A stretch of 64,000 nucleotides of DNA from the human T2T-CHM13v2.0 reference genome, Homo sapiens: assembly GCF_009914755.1 (NCBI RefSeq), contig NC_060928.1. One strand, 5' to 3'. The notes beneath the pieces were generated by a model. That model searched no databases and was not told the origin of the DNA. It saw only the letters and a list, made by a program, of their open reading frames with translations. Of this stretch, positions 12,701-28,500 are shown one piece after another (the first letter of the stretch is position 1; each line of letters opens with the position of its first letter). The position numbers and the translations under genes are program-made.

Positions 12701-15700
12701 ATAATACATACTTTGGGTACTTTGATATTTTATGTACAGTATATAATACATACTTTGGGTACTTTCATGTTTTATGTACAGTATATAATATATAGTTTGG
12801 GTACTTTGATATTTTATCTACAGCTTATAATACTTACTTTGGGTAATTTGATATTTTATGTACAGTATATAATACATACTTTGGGTAGTTTGATATTTTA
12901 TGTACAGTATACAATATATAGTTTGAGTACTTTGATATTTTATGTGCAGTATAAAATATATAGTGTTGGTATTTTGATGTTTTATGTACAGTATATATTT
13001 TGAGTACTTTGATATTTTGTGTACAGTTTATTATAAATGTTTGGGTACTTTCATATTTGATGTACAGTATATAATACATAATTTGGGCACTTTGATATTT
13101 TATGTACAGTATATAATACATACTTTGGGTACTTTTATATTTTATGTACAGTATATAATACATACTCTGGGCACTTTGATATTTAATGTACAGTATATAA
13201 TACACACTTTGCGTACTTTGATATTTTATGTAACGTATGTAATACATACTTTGGGTAGTTTGATATCTTATGTACAGTATGTAGTACACACTTTGGGTAC
13301 TTTGATATTTTATGTACAGTATGTAAAACATACTTTGGGTAGTTTGATATTTTATGATCAGTATATAATACACATTTTGGGTACCTTGATATTTTATGTA
13401 CAGTATATAATACATACTTTGGGTACTTTGATATTTTATGTACAGTATATAATGCATACTTTAGGTACTTTGATAGTTTTTGTACAGTATATAATACATA
13501 CTTTGGGTACTTTAATATTTTATGTACAGTATATAATACATAGTTTGGGTACTTTGATATTTTATGTACAGTATATAATACATACTTTGGGTACTTTGAT
13601 ATTTTATCTACAGTGTATAATATATACTTTGGGTACTTTGATATATTATGTACAGTATATAATACATACTTTGGGTACTTTGATATTTTATGTACAGTAT
13701 ATAATACATACTTTGGTTACTTTGATATTTTATGTACAGTATATAATACATACTTTCGGTACTTTGATATTTTATGTACAGTATATAATATATAGTTTGG
13801 GTACTTTGATATTTTATGTACAGTATATAATACATACTTTGTGTACTTTGATATTTTATGTACAGTATATAATACATACTTTGGGTACTTTGATATTTTA
13901 TGTACAGTATATAATATATAGTTTGGGTACTTTGATAATTTATGTACAGTGTATAACACATACTTTGGGTACTTTGATATTTTATGTACAGTATATAATA
14001 CATACTTTGGGTACTTTGATATTTTATATACAGTATATAATACATACTTTGGGTACTTTCATATTTCATATACAGTTTATAATATATAGTTTGGGTACTT
14101 TGGTATATTATGTACTGTATATAATACATACTTTGGGTACTTTGATATTTTATGTACAGTATATAATACATACTTTGGGTACTTTGATATTTTATGTACA
14201 GTATACAATATATACTTTGACTACTTTGATATTTTATGTCCAGTATAGAATATATAGTTTTGGTAGTTTGATATTTTATGTACAGTATGTAGTTTGAGTA
14301 CATTGATATTTTATGTACACTTTATTATAAATGTTTGGATACTTTCATATTTTATGTACAGTATATAATACATACTTTGGGCACTTTGATATTTTATGTA
14401 CAGTATACAATACATACTTTGGGTACTTTGATATTTTATGTACAGTATATAATACATAATTTGGGTACTTTGATATTTTATTTACAGTATATAATGCATA
14501 CTTTGGGTACTTTGATGTTTTATGTACAGTATATAATACATACTTAGGGTACTTTGACATTTTATGTGCAGTACATAATACATACTTTGGATACTTTGTT
14601 ATTTTAAATACAGTATGTAATATATATTTTGGGTACTTTGATATTTTATGTACAGTATATAATACATACTTTGGTACTTTTATATTTCATGTACAGTATA
14701 TAATATATAGTTTGGGTACTTTGATATTTTATGTACAGTATATAATACATAGTTTGGGTATTTTGATATTTTATGTACAGTATATAATACATACTTTGGG
14801 TACTTTGATATTTTATGTACAGTATATAATATATAGTTTGGGTACTTTGATAATTTATGTGCAGTATATAACACATACTTTCGGTAGTTGGATATTTTAT
14901 GTACAGTATATAATACATACTTTGGGTACTTCGATATTTGATGTACAGTATACTATATATAGTTTGGGTACTTTGATATTTTATGTCGGGTACAAAATAA
15001 ATAGTTTTGGTACTTAGATATTTCATGTACAGTATATAGTTTGAGTACTTTGATATTTTATGTACAGTTTATTATTAATGGGTGCTTTCATATTTTATGT
15101 ACAGTATATAATACATACTATGGGCACTTTGATATTTTATGTAGAGTATATAATACATACTTTGGGTACTTTGATATTTTATATACACTACATAATACAT
15201 ACTTTGGGTACTTTGATATTTTATGTACAGTACATAATATATAGTTTGGGTACTTTGATATTGTATGTGCAGTATATAACACATACTTTCGGTACTTGGA
15301 TATTTTATGTACAGTATATAATACATAATTTGGGTACTTCCATATTTTATGTACAGTATGCTATATATACTTTGGGTACTTTGATATTTTATGTCCAGTA
15401 TAAAATAAAAAGTTTTGGTAATTCGATATTTTATGTACAGTGTATCGTTTGAGTACTTTGATATTTAATGTACAGTTTATTATAAATGTTCGGGTGCTTT
15501 CATATTTTATGTACAGTATATAATACATACTTTGAGCACTTTGATATTTTATGTACAGTATATAATACATACTTTGGGTAATTTGATATTTTATGTACAG
15601 TATATAATACATACATTGGGTACTTTGATATTTTATGTACAGTATATAATATATAGTTAGGGTACTTTGATATTTTATATACAGTATATAATATATATTA

Positions 15701-16143
15701 TGTGTACTTTGATATATTATGTACAGTATATAATATATAGTTTGGGTAATTTGATATTTTATGTACAGTATACAATATATAGTATTGGTACTTTGATATT
15801 TCATGTAAAGTATATAGTTTGAGTACTTTGATATTTTATATACAGTTTATTATAAATGTTTGGGTACCTTCCTATTTTATGTAGAGTATATAATACATAC
15901 TTTGGGAACTTTTATTTTATGTGCAGTATATAATACATACTTTGGGTACTTTGATATTTTATGTACAGTATATAATACATACTATTGGTACTTTGATATT
16001 TTATGTACAGTATACAATATATAGTTTGAGTACTTTGATATTTTATGTCCAGTATAAAATATATAGATTTCATACTTTGATATTTTATGTACTGAATGTA
16101 GTTTGAGTACTTTGATATTTTATGTACACTTTATTATAAAAGT
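9715..16143 (+). repeat. 6429-bp higher-order unit (1546+454+704+622+1294+743+412+370+284); second copy starts at 59024 and is cut by the window end
   Basis: ORF translations recur at a constant offset of 49309 (12984/62293, 12419/61728, 14335/63644). Confidence 0.88.
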
Positions 16144-19100
16144 TTGGGTACTTTCATATTTTACGTACAGTATATAATACATACTTTGGGCACTTTGATG
16201 TTTTATGTACAGTATATAATACATACTTTGGGTTCTTTGATATTTTATGTACAGCATATAATACATAATTTGGGGACTTTTATATTTTATGTACATTATA
16301 TTATACATACTTTGGGTACTTTTATATTTTATGTACGGTATATAATACACACTTTGGGTACTTTGATATATTATGTACAGTATATAATACATACTTTGGG
16401 TACTTTGATATATTATGTACAGTATATAATACATACTAAGGGTACTTTGACATTTTATGTACAGTACATAATACATACTTTGGGTACTTTGATATTTTAT
16501 GTACAGTATATAATGCATACTTTGGATACTTTGATATTTTATGTACAGTATATAATACATACTTTGGGTACTTTTATATTTTATGTACAGTATATAATAT
16601 ATAGTTTGGGTACTTTGATATTTTATGTACGGTATATAATACATACTTTGGGTACTTTGATATTTTATGTACAGTATATAATACATACTTTGTGTACTCT
16701 GATATTTTATGTACAGTATACAATATATAGTTTGAATACTTTGATATTTTATGTACTGTATAAAATATATAGTGTTCGTACTTTGATATTTTATGTACAA
16801 TATATAGTTTGAGTACTTTGATATTTTATGTACAGTTTTTTATAAATGTTTGGGTGCTTTCATATTTTATGTACAGTATATAATACATACAAACGGCACT
16901 TTGATATTTTATGTACAGTATATAATACATACTTTGGGTACTCTGATATTTTATGTACAGTGTATAATACATACTTTGGGTACTTTGATATTTTATGTAC
17001 AATATATAATACATACGTTGGTAACTTTGATATATTATGTACAGTATATAATACATACTTTGGGTACTTTGATATTTTATCTACAGTATACAACACATAG
17101 TTTGTGTACTTTGATATTTTAGGTACAGTATATAATACATACTTTGGGTACTTTGATATTTTATGTACAGTATATAATACATACATTGGGTACTTTCATA
17201 TTTTATGTACAGTATATAATATATAGTTTGGTTACTTTGATATTTTATCTACAGCTTATAATACATACTTTGGATACTTTGATACTTTATGTACAGTATA
17301 TAATACATAATTTGGGTACTTTGTTATTTTATGTACAGTATACAATATATAGTTTGAGTACTTTGATATTTTATGTGCAGTATAAAATATATAGTTTTGG
17401 TACTTTCATATTTTATGTACAGTATATAGTTTGAGTACTTTGATATTTTATGTACAGTTTTTTATAAATGTTTGGGTGCTTTCATATTTTATGTACAGTA
17501 TATAATACATACTAAGGGCACTTTGATATTTTATGTACAGTATATAATACATACCTGGGGTACTTTGATATTTTATGTACAGTATATAATACATAGTTTG
17601 GGTATTTTGATATTTTATGTACAGTATATAATACATACTTTGGGTACTTTGATATTTTATGTACAGTATATAATACATACTTTGGGAACTTTGATATTTT
17701 ATGTACAGTATGTAGAACATACTTTGGGTACTTTGATATTTTATGTACAGGATATAATGCATACTTTGGGTACTTTGATAGTTTATGTACAGTATATAAT
17801 ACATACTTTGGGTACTTTGATATTTTATGTATAGTATAAAATATATAGTTTGGGTACTTTGATATTTTATGTACAGTATGTAAAACATACTTTGGGGAGT
17901 TTGATATTTTATGTACAGTATGTAAAACATACTTTGGGGAGTTTGATATTTTATGAACAGTATATAATACACATTTTGTGTACTTTGATATTTTATGTAA
18001 AGTATATAATACATACTTTGGGTACTTTGATATTTTATGTACAGTATATATTACATACTTTGGGTACTTTGATATTTTACGTACAGTATACAATATATAG
18101 TTTGAGTACTTTGATATTTTATGTACTGTATAAAATATATAGTTTTGGTACTTTGATATTTTATTTACAGTATATAGTTTGAGTACTTTGATATTTTATG
18201 TACAGTTTGTTATAAATGTTTGGGTGCTTTCATATTTTATGTACTGTATATAATACATGCTTTGGGCACTTTGATATTTTATGTACAGTATATAATACAT
18301 ACTTTGGGTACTCTGATATTTTATGTACAGTGTATAATACATACTTTGGGTACTTTGATATTTTATGTACAGTATATAATACATACATTGGGTACTTTGA
18401 TATATTATGTACAGTATATAATACTTACTTGGGGTACTTTGATATTTTATGTACAGTATATAATACATAGTTTGTGTACTTTGATATTTTATGTACAGTA
18501 TGTAGTACACACTTTGGGTACTTTGATATTTTATGTACAGTATATAATACATACTTTGGGTATCTTGATATTTTATGTACAGTATATAATGCATACTTTG
18601 CGTCCTTTGATATTTTATGTACAGTATATAATGCATACTTTGGGTACTTTGATATTTCATGTACAGTATGTAATACATACCTTGGGTACTTTGATATTTT
18701 ATGTATAGTATATAATACATACTTTGTGTAGTTTGATATTTTATGTACAGTATACAATATATAGTTTGAGTACTTTGTTATTTTATGTGCAGTATAAAAT
18801 ATATAGTTTTCGTAATTGATATTTTATGTACACAATATAGTTTGAGTACTTTGATATTTTATGTACATTTTATTATAAATGTTTGGGTACTTTCATATTT
18901 TATGTACAGTATATAATACATACTTTGGTCTCTTTGATGTTTTATGTACAGTATATAATACATACTTTGGGTTCTTTGATATTTTATGTACAGAATATAA
19001 TGCATAGTTTTAGGTACTTTTATATTTTATGTAAAGTATATAATACATATTTTGGGTACTTTGATATTTTATGTACAGTATATAATACATACTTTGGGAA

Positions 19101-22100
19101 CTTTGATATTTTATGTACAGTATGTAATACATACTTTGGGTACTTTGATATTTTATGTACAGTATATAATACATACTATTGGTACTTTGATATTTTATGT
19201 ACAGTATACAATATATAGTTTGAGGACTTTGATATTTTATGTCCAGTATAAAATATATAGATTTCATACTTTGATATTTTATGTACTGAATGTAGTTTGA
19301 GTACTTTGATATTTTATGTACACTTTAATATAAAAGTTTGGGTACTTTCATATTTTACGTACAGTATATAATACATACTTTGGGCACTTTGATGTTTTAT
19401 GTACAGTATATAATACATACTTTGGGTTCTTTGATATTTTATGTACAGCATATAATACATAATTTGGGGACTTTTATATTTTATGTACATTATATTATAC
19501 ATACTTTGGGTACTTTTATATTTTATGTACGGTATATAATACACACTTTGGGTACTTTGATATTTTATGTACAGTATATAATACATACTTTGGGTACTTT
19601 GATATATTATGTACAGTATATAATACATACTAAGGGTACTTTGACATTTTATGTACAGTACATAATACATACTTTGGGTACTTTGATATTTTATGTACAG
19701 TATGTAATGCATACTTTGGATACTTTGATATTTTATGTACAGTATATAATACATACTTTGGGTACTTTTATATTTTATGTACAGTATATAATATATAGTT
19801 TGGGTACTTTGATATTTTATGTACGGTATATAATACATACTTTGGGTACTTTGATATTTTATGTACAGTATATAATACATACTTTGGGTACTCTGATATT
19901 TTATGTACCGTATACAATATATAGTTTGAGTACTTTGATATTTTATGTACTGTATAAAATATATAGTTTTCGTACTTTGATATTTTATGTACAGTATATA
20001 GTTTGAGTACTTTGATATTTTATGTACAGTTTTTTATAAATGTTTGGGTGCTTTCATATTTTATGTACAGTATATAATACATACAAAGGGCACTTTGTTA
20101 TTTTATGTACAGTATATAATACATACTTTGGGTACTCTGATATTTTATGTACAGTGTATAATACATACTTTGGGTACTTTGATATTTTATGTACAATATA
20201 TAATACATACGTTGGGAACTTTGATATATTATGTACAGTATATAATACATACTTTGGGTACTTTGATATTTTATCTACAGTATACAACACATAGTTTGTG
20301 TACTTTGATATTTTAGGTACAGTATATAATACATACTTTGGGTACTTTGATATTTTATGTACAGTATATAATACATACTTTGGGTACTTTCATATTTTAT
20401 GTACAGTATATAATACATAGTTTGGTTACTTTGATATTTTATCTACAGCTTATAATACATACTTTGGATACTTTGATACTTTATGTACAGTATATAATAC
20501 ATAATTTGGGTACTTTGTTATTTTATGTACAGTATACAATATATAGTTTGAGTACTTTGATATTTTATGTGCAGTATAAAATATATAGTTTTGGTACTTT
20601 CATATTTTATGTACAGTATATAGTTTGAGTACTTTGATATTTTATGTACAGTTTTTTATAAATGTTTGGGTGCTTTCATATTTTATGTACAGTATATAAT
20701 ACATACTAAGGGCACTTTGATATTTTATGTACAGTATATAATACATACCTTGGGTACTTTGATATTTTATGTACAGTATATAATACATAGTTGGGGTATT
20801 TTGATACTTTATGTACAGTATATAATACATACTTTGGGTACTTTGATATTTTATGTACAGTATATAATACATACTTTGGGAACTTTGATATTTTATGTAC
20901 AGTATGTAGAACATACTTTGGGTACTTTGATATTTTATGTACAGGATATAATGCATACTTTGGGTACTTTGATAGTTTATGTACAGTATATAATACATAC
21001 TTTGGGTACTTTGATATTTTATGTATAGTATAAAATATATAGTTTGGGTACTTTGATATTTTATGTACAGTATGTAAAACATACTTTGGGGAGTTTGATA
21101 TTTTATGTACAGTATGTAAAACATACTTTGGGGAGTTTGATATTTTATGAACAGTATATAATACACATTTTGTGTACTTTGATATTTTATGTAAAGTATA
21201 TAATACATACTTTGGGTACTTTGATATTTTATGTACAGTATATATTACATACTTTGGGTACTTTGATATTTTATGTACAGTATACAATATATAGTTTGAG
21301 TACTTTGATATTTTATGTACTGTATAAAATATATAGTTTTGGTACTTTGATATTTTATGTACAGTATATAGTTTGAGTACTTTGATATTTTATGTACAGT
21401 TTGTTATAAATATTTTGGTGCTTTCATATTTTATGTACTGTATATAATACATGCTTTGGGCACTTTGATATTTTATGTACAGTATATAATACATACTTTG
21501 GGTAATCTGATATTTTATGTACAGTGTATAATATATACTTTGGGTACTTTGATATTTTATGTACAGTATATAATACATACATTGGGTACTTTGATATATT
21601 ATGTACAGTATATAATACTTACTTGGGGTACTTTGATATTTTATGTACAGTATATAATACATAGTTTGTGTACTTTGATATTTTATGTACAGTATGTAGT
21701 ACACACTTTGGGTACTTTGATATTTTATGTGCAGTATATAATACATACTTTGGGTATCTTGACATTTTATGTACAGTATATAATGCATACTTTGCGTCCT
21801 TTGATATTTTATGTACAGTATATAATGCATACGTTGGGTACTTTGATATTTCATGTACAGTATGTAATACATACTTTGGGTACTTTGATATTTTATGTAT
21901 AGTATATAATACATACTTTGTGTAGTTTGATATTTTATGTACAGTATACAATATATAGTTTGAGTACATTGTTATTTTATGTGCAGTATAAAATATATAG
22001 TTTTCGTAATTGATATTTTATGTACAGAATATAGTTTGAGTACTTTGATATTTTATGTACACTTTATTATAAATGTTTGGGTACTTTCATATTTTATGTA

Positions 22101-22531
22101 CAGTATATAATACATACTTTGGTCTCTTTGATGTTTTATGTACAGTATATAATACATACTTTGGGTTCTTTGATATTTTATGTACAGAATATAATGCATA
22201 GTTTTAGGTACTTTTATATTTTATGTACAGTATATAATACATACCTTGGGTACTTTGATATTTTATGTACAGTATATAATACATACTTTGGGAACTTTGA
22301 TATTTTATGTACAGTATGTAATACATACTTTGGGTACTTTGATATTTTATGTACTGTATATAATACATACTATTGGTACTTTGATATTTTATGTACTGTA
22401 TACAATATATAGTTTGAGTACTTTGATATTTTATGTCCAGTATAAAATACATAGATTTCATACTTTGATATTTTATGTACAGAATATACTTTGAGTACTT
22501 TGATATTTTATGTACACTTTATCATAAAAGT
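16144..22531 (+). repeat. Two tandem copies of a 3194-bp higher-order unit (706+622+748+663+455)
   Basis: ORF pairs 16144/19338, 16850/20044, 17472/20666 and 18883/22077 are all offset by 3194; shared variants CAGGATATAATGC, TGTAGAACAT and GCGTCCTTTG. Confidence 0.9.
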
Positions 22532-25500
22532 TTGGGTACTTTCATATTTTACGTACAGTATATAATACATACTTTGGGCACTTTGATGTTTTATGTACAG
22601 TATATAATACATACTTTGGGTTCTTTGATATGTTATGTACAGCATATAGTACATAATTTGGGGACTTTTATATTTTATGTACATTATATAATACATACTT
22701 TGGGTACTTTTATATTTTATGTACGGTATATAATACATACTTTGGGTACTTTGATATATTATGTACAGTATATAATACATACTTTGGGTACTTTGATATA
22801 TTATGTACAGTATATAATACATACTTAGGGTACTTTGACATTTTATGTACAGTACATAATACATACTTTGGGTACTTTGATATTTTATGTACAGTATATA
22901 ATACATACTTTGAGTACTTTGATATTTTATGTACAGTATATAATACATGTTTTGGGTACTTTTACATTTTATGTACAGTATATAATATATAGTTTGGGTA
23001 CTTTGATATTTTATGTACGGTATATAATACATACTTTGGGTACTTTGATATTTTATGTACAGTATATAATACATACTTTGGGTACTTTGATAATTTATGT
23101 ACAGTATATAATACATACTTTGGGTACTTTGATATTTAATGTACAGTATATAATACACACTTTGCGTACTTTGATATTTTATGTAAAGTATGTAATACAT
23201 ACTTTGGGTACTTTGATATTTTATGTACAGTATGTAATACACGCTTTGGGTACTTTGATATTTTATGTAGAGTATGTAAAACATACTTTGGGTAGTTTGG
23301 TATTTTATGATCAGTATATAATACATATTTTGGGTACTTTGATATTTTATGTACAGTATATAATACATACTTTGGGTACTTTGATATTTTATGTACAGTA
23401 TATAATGCATAATTTGGGTACTTCAGTAGTTTATGCACAGTATATAATACATACTTTGGGTAATTTGATATTTTATGTTCAGTATATAATGCATACTTTG
23501 GGTACTTTGATAGTTTATGTGCAGTATACAATACATACTTTGGGTACTTTGATATTTTATGTACAGTATATAATATGTAGTTTGGGTACTTTGATATTTT
23601 AACTACAGTATATAATACATACTTTGGGTACTTTGATATTTTATCTACAGTATATAATAGATACTTTGGGTACTTTGATATATTATGTACAGTATATAAT
23701 ACATAGTTTGGTTACTTTGATATTTTTTGTACAGTATGTAAAACATACTTTGGGGAGTTTGATATTTTATGAACAGTATATAATACACATTTTGGGTACT
23801 TTGATATTTTATGTACGGTATATAATACACACTTTGGGTACTTTGATATTTTATGTACAGTATATAATTCATACTTTGGGTACTTTGATATTTTATGTAC
23901 AGTATATAATACATACATTGGGTACTTCGATATTTTATGTGCAGTACCCTATATATAGTTTGGGTACTTTGATATTTTATGTCCAGTATAAAATAAATAG
24001 TTTTGGTACTTTGATATTTTATGTACAGTATATAGTTTGAGTACTTTGATATTTAATGTTCAGTTTATTATAAATGTTTGGGTGCTTTCATATTTTATAT
24101 ACAGTATATAATACATACTTTGGGCACTTTGATATTTTCTGTACAGTATATAATACATACTTTGGGTACTTTGATATTTTATGTATGGTATATAATACAT
24201 ACATTGGGTACTTTGATATTTTATGTACAGTATATAATATATAGTTTGGTTACTTTGATATTTTATATACAGTATATAATACATATTATGTGTACTTTGA
24301 TATATTATGTACAGTATATAATATATAGTATGGGTTGTTTGATATTTTATGTACAGTATATAATATATAGTTTGGGTAGTTTGATATTTTTAGTACAGTA
24401 TGTAATATATAGTTTGTTTTATTTGTTATTTTATGTACAGTATACAATATATAGTATTGGTACTTTGATATTTCATGTAAAGTATATAGTTTGAGTACTT
24501 TGATATTTTATATGCAGTTTATTATAAATGTTTGGGTACCTTCATATTTTATGTACAGTATATAATACATACTTTGGGAACTTTTATTTTATGTGCAGTA
24601 TATAATACATACTTTGGGTACTTTGATATTTCATGTACAGTATATAATACACACTTTGGGTACTTTGATATTTTATGTACAGTATATAATACACACTTTG
24701 GGTAGTTTGATATTTTATGTACAGTATATAATACATACTTTGGGTACTTTGATGTATTATGTACAGTATATAATACATACTTTGGGTACTTTGATATTTT
24801 ATGTACAGTATATAATACATACTTTGGGTACTTTGATATTTTATGTACAGTATGTAATACACACTTTGGGTACTTTGATATTTTATGTACAGTATGTAAA
24901 ACATACTTTGGGTAGTTTGATATATTATGTACAGTATATAATACATACTTTGTGTACTCTGATATTTTATGTACAGTGTATAATACATACTTTGGGTACT
25001 TTGATATTTTATGTACAGTATATAATACATACATTGGGTACTTAGATATATTATGTACAGTATATAATACTTACTTGGGGTATCTTGATATTTTATGTAC
25101 AGTATATAATGCATACTTTGGGTACTTTGATATTTTATGTAAAGTATATAACGCATACTTTGAGTACTTTGATATTTTATGTACAGTATGTAATACATAC
25201 TTTGGGTACTTTGATATTTTATGTACAGTATATAATACATACTTTGGGTACTTTGATATTTTATGTACAGTATATAATATATAGTTTGGGTACTTTGATA
25301 ATTTATGTACAGTGTATAACACATACTTTGGGTACTTTGATATTTTATGTACAGTATATAATACATACTTTGGGTACTTTGATATTTTATATACAGTATA
25401 TAATACATACTTTGGGTACTTTCATATTTCATGTACAGTTTATAATATATAGTTTGGGTACTTTGGTATATTATGTACTGTATATAATACATACTTTGGG

Positions 25501-28500
25501 TACTTTGATATTTTATGTACAGTATATAATACATACTTTGGGTACTTTGATATTTTATGTACAGTATACAATATATACTTTGACTACTTTGATATTTTAT
25601 GTCCAGTATAGAATATATAGTTTTGGTAGTTTGATATTTTATGTACAGTATATAGTTTGAGTACATTGATATTTTATGTAAACTTTATTATAAATGTTTG
25701 GATACTTTCATATTTTATGTACAGTATTTAATACATACTTTGGGCACTTTGATATTTTATGTACAGTATACAATACATACTTTGGGTACTTTGATATTTT
25801 ATTTACAGTATATAATACATAATTTGGGTACTTTGATATTTTATATACAGTATATAATGCATACTTTGGGTACTTTGATGTTTTATGTACAGTATATAAT
25901 ACATACTTAGGGTACTTTGACATTTTATGTGCAGTACATAATACATACTTTGGATACTTTGTTATTTTAAATACAGTATGTAATACATATTTTGGGTACT
26001 TTGATATTTTATGTACAGTATATAATACATACTTTGGTACTTTTATATTTCATGTACAGTATATAATATATAGTTTGAGTACTTTGATATTTTATGTACA
26101 GTATATAATACATAGTTTGGGTATTTTGATATTTTATGTACAGTATATAATACATACTTTGGGTACTTTGATATTTTATGTACAGTATATAATATATAGT
26201 TTGGGTACTTTGATAATTTATGTGCAGTATATAACACATACTTTCGGTAGTTGGATATTTTATGTACAGTATATAATACATACTTTGGGTACTTCGATAT
26301 TTGATGTACAGTATACTATATATAGTTTGGGTACTTTGATATTTTATGTCGGGTACAAAATAAATAGTTTTGGTACTTAGATATTTTATGTACAGTATAT
26401 AGTTTGAGTACTTTGATATTTTATGTATAGTTTATTATTAATGGGTGCTTTCATATTTTATGTACAGTATATAATACATACTATGGGCACTTTGATATTT
26501 TATGTACAGTATATAATACATAATTTGGGTACTTTGATATTTTATATACACTACATAATACATACTTTGGGTACTTTGATATTTTATGTACAGTACATAA
26601 TATATAGTTTGGGTACTTTGATATAGTATGTGCAGTATATAACACATACTTTCGGTACTTGGATATTTTATGTACAGTATATAATACATAATTTGGGTAC
26701 TTCCATATTTTATGTACAGTATGCTATATATACTTTGGGTACTTTGATATTTTATGTCCAGTATAAAATAAAAAGTTTTGGTAATTCGATATTTTATGTA
26801 CAGTGTATCGTTTGAGTACTTTGATATTTAATGTACAGTTTATTATAAATGTTCAGGTGCTTTCATATTTTATGTACAGTATATAATACATACTTTGAGC
26901 ACTTTGATATTTTATGTACAGTATATAATACATACTTTGGTCTCTTTGATGTTTTATGTACAGTATATAATACATACTTTGGGTTCTTTGATATTTTATG
27001 TGCAGAATATAATGCATAGTTTTAGGTACTTTTATATTTTATGTACAGTATATAATACATACTTTGGGTACTTTGATATTTTATGTACAGTATATAATAC
27101 ATACTTTGGGAACTTTGATATTTTATGTACAGTATGTAATACATACTTTGGGTACTTTGATATTTTATGTACAGTATACAATATATAGTTTGAGTACTTT
27201 GATATTTTATGTCCAGTATAAAATACATAGATTTCATACTTTGATATTTTATGTACAGAATATAGTTTGAGTACTTTGATATTTTATGTACACTTTATCA
27301 TAAAAGTTTGGGTACTTTCATATTTTACGTACAGTATATAATACATACTTTGGGCACTTTGATGTTTTATGTACAGTATATAATACATACTTTGGGTTCT
27401 TTGATATGTTATGTACAGCATATAGTACATAATTTGGGGACTTTTATATTTTATGTACATTATATAATACATACTTTGGGTACTTTTATATTTTATGTAC
27501 GGTATATAATACATACTTTGGGTACTTTGGTATATTATGTACAGTATATAATACATACTTTGGGTACTTTGATATATTATGTACAGTATATAATACATAC
27601 TTAGGGTACTTTGACATTTTATGTACAGTACATAATACATACTTTGGGTACTTTGATATTTTATGTACAGTATATAGTACATACTTTGGGTACTTTGATA
27701 TTTTATGTACAGTATATAATACATGTTTTGGGTACTTTTACATTTTATGTACAGTATATAATATATAGTTTGGGTACTTTGATATTTTATGTACGGTACA
27801 TAATACATACTTTGGGTACTTTGATATTTTATGTACAGTATATAATACATACTTTGGGTACTTTGATAATTTATGTACAGTATATAATACATACTTTGGG
27901 TACTTTGATATTTAATGTACAGTATATAATACACACTTTGCGTACTTTGTTATTTTATGTAAAGTATGTAATACATACTTTGGGTACTTTGATATTTTAT
28001 GTACAGTATGTAATACACGCTTTGGGTACTTTGATATTTTATGTAGAGTATGTAAAACATACTTTGGGTAGTTTGTTATTTTATGATCAGTATATAATAC
28101 ATATTTTGGGTACTTTGATATTTTATGTACAGTATATAATACATACTTTGGGTACTTTGATATTTTATGTACAGTATATAATGCATAATTTGGGTACTTC
28201 AATAGTTTATGCACAGTATATAATACATACTTTGGGTAATTTGATATTTTATGTACAGTATATAATGCATACTTTGGGTACTTTGATAGTTTATGTACAG
28301 TATACAATACATACTTTGGGTACTTTGATATTTTATGTACAGTATATAATATGTAGTTTGGGTACTTTGATATTTTAACTACAGTATATAATACATACTT
28401 TGGGTACTTTGATATTTTATCTATAGTATATAATAGATACTTTGGGTACTTTGATATATTATGTACAGTATATAATACATAGTTTGGTTACTTTGATATT

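Noticed and set aside
12984-14297. Longest ORF (437 aa; copy at 62293-63606), resembling a hydrophobic repeat protein
   Set aside because: It is simply the 1294-bp block read through, extended because one cassette variant (TATATATTTTGAG) lacks the usual TAG in that frame.
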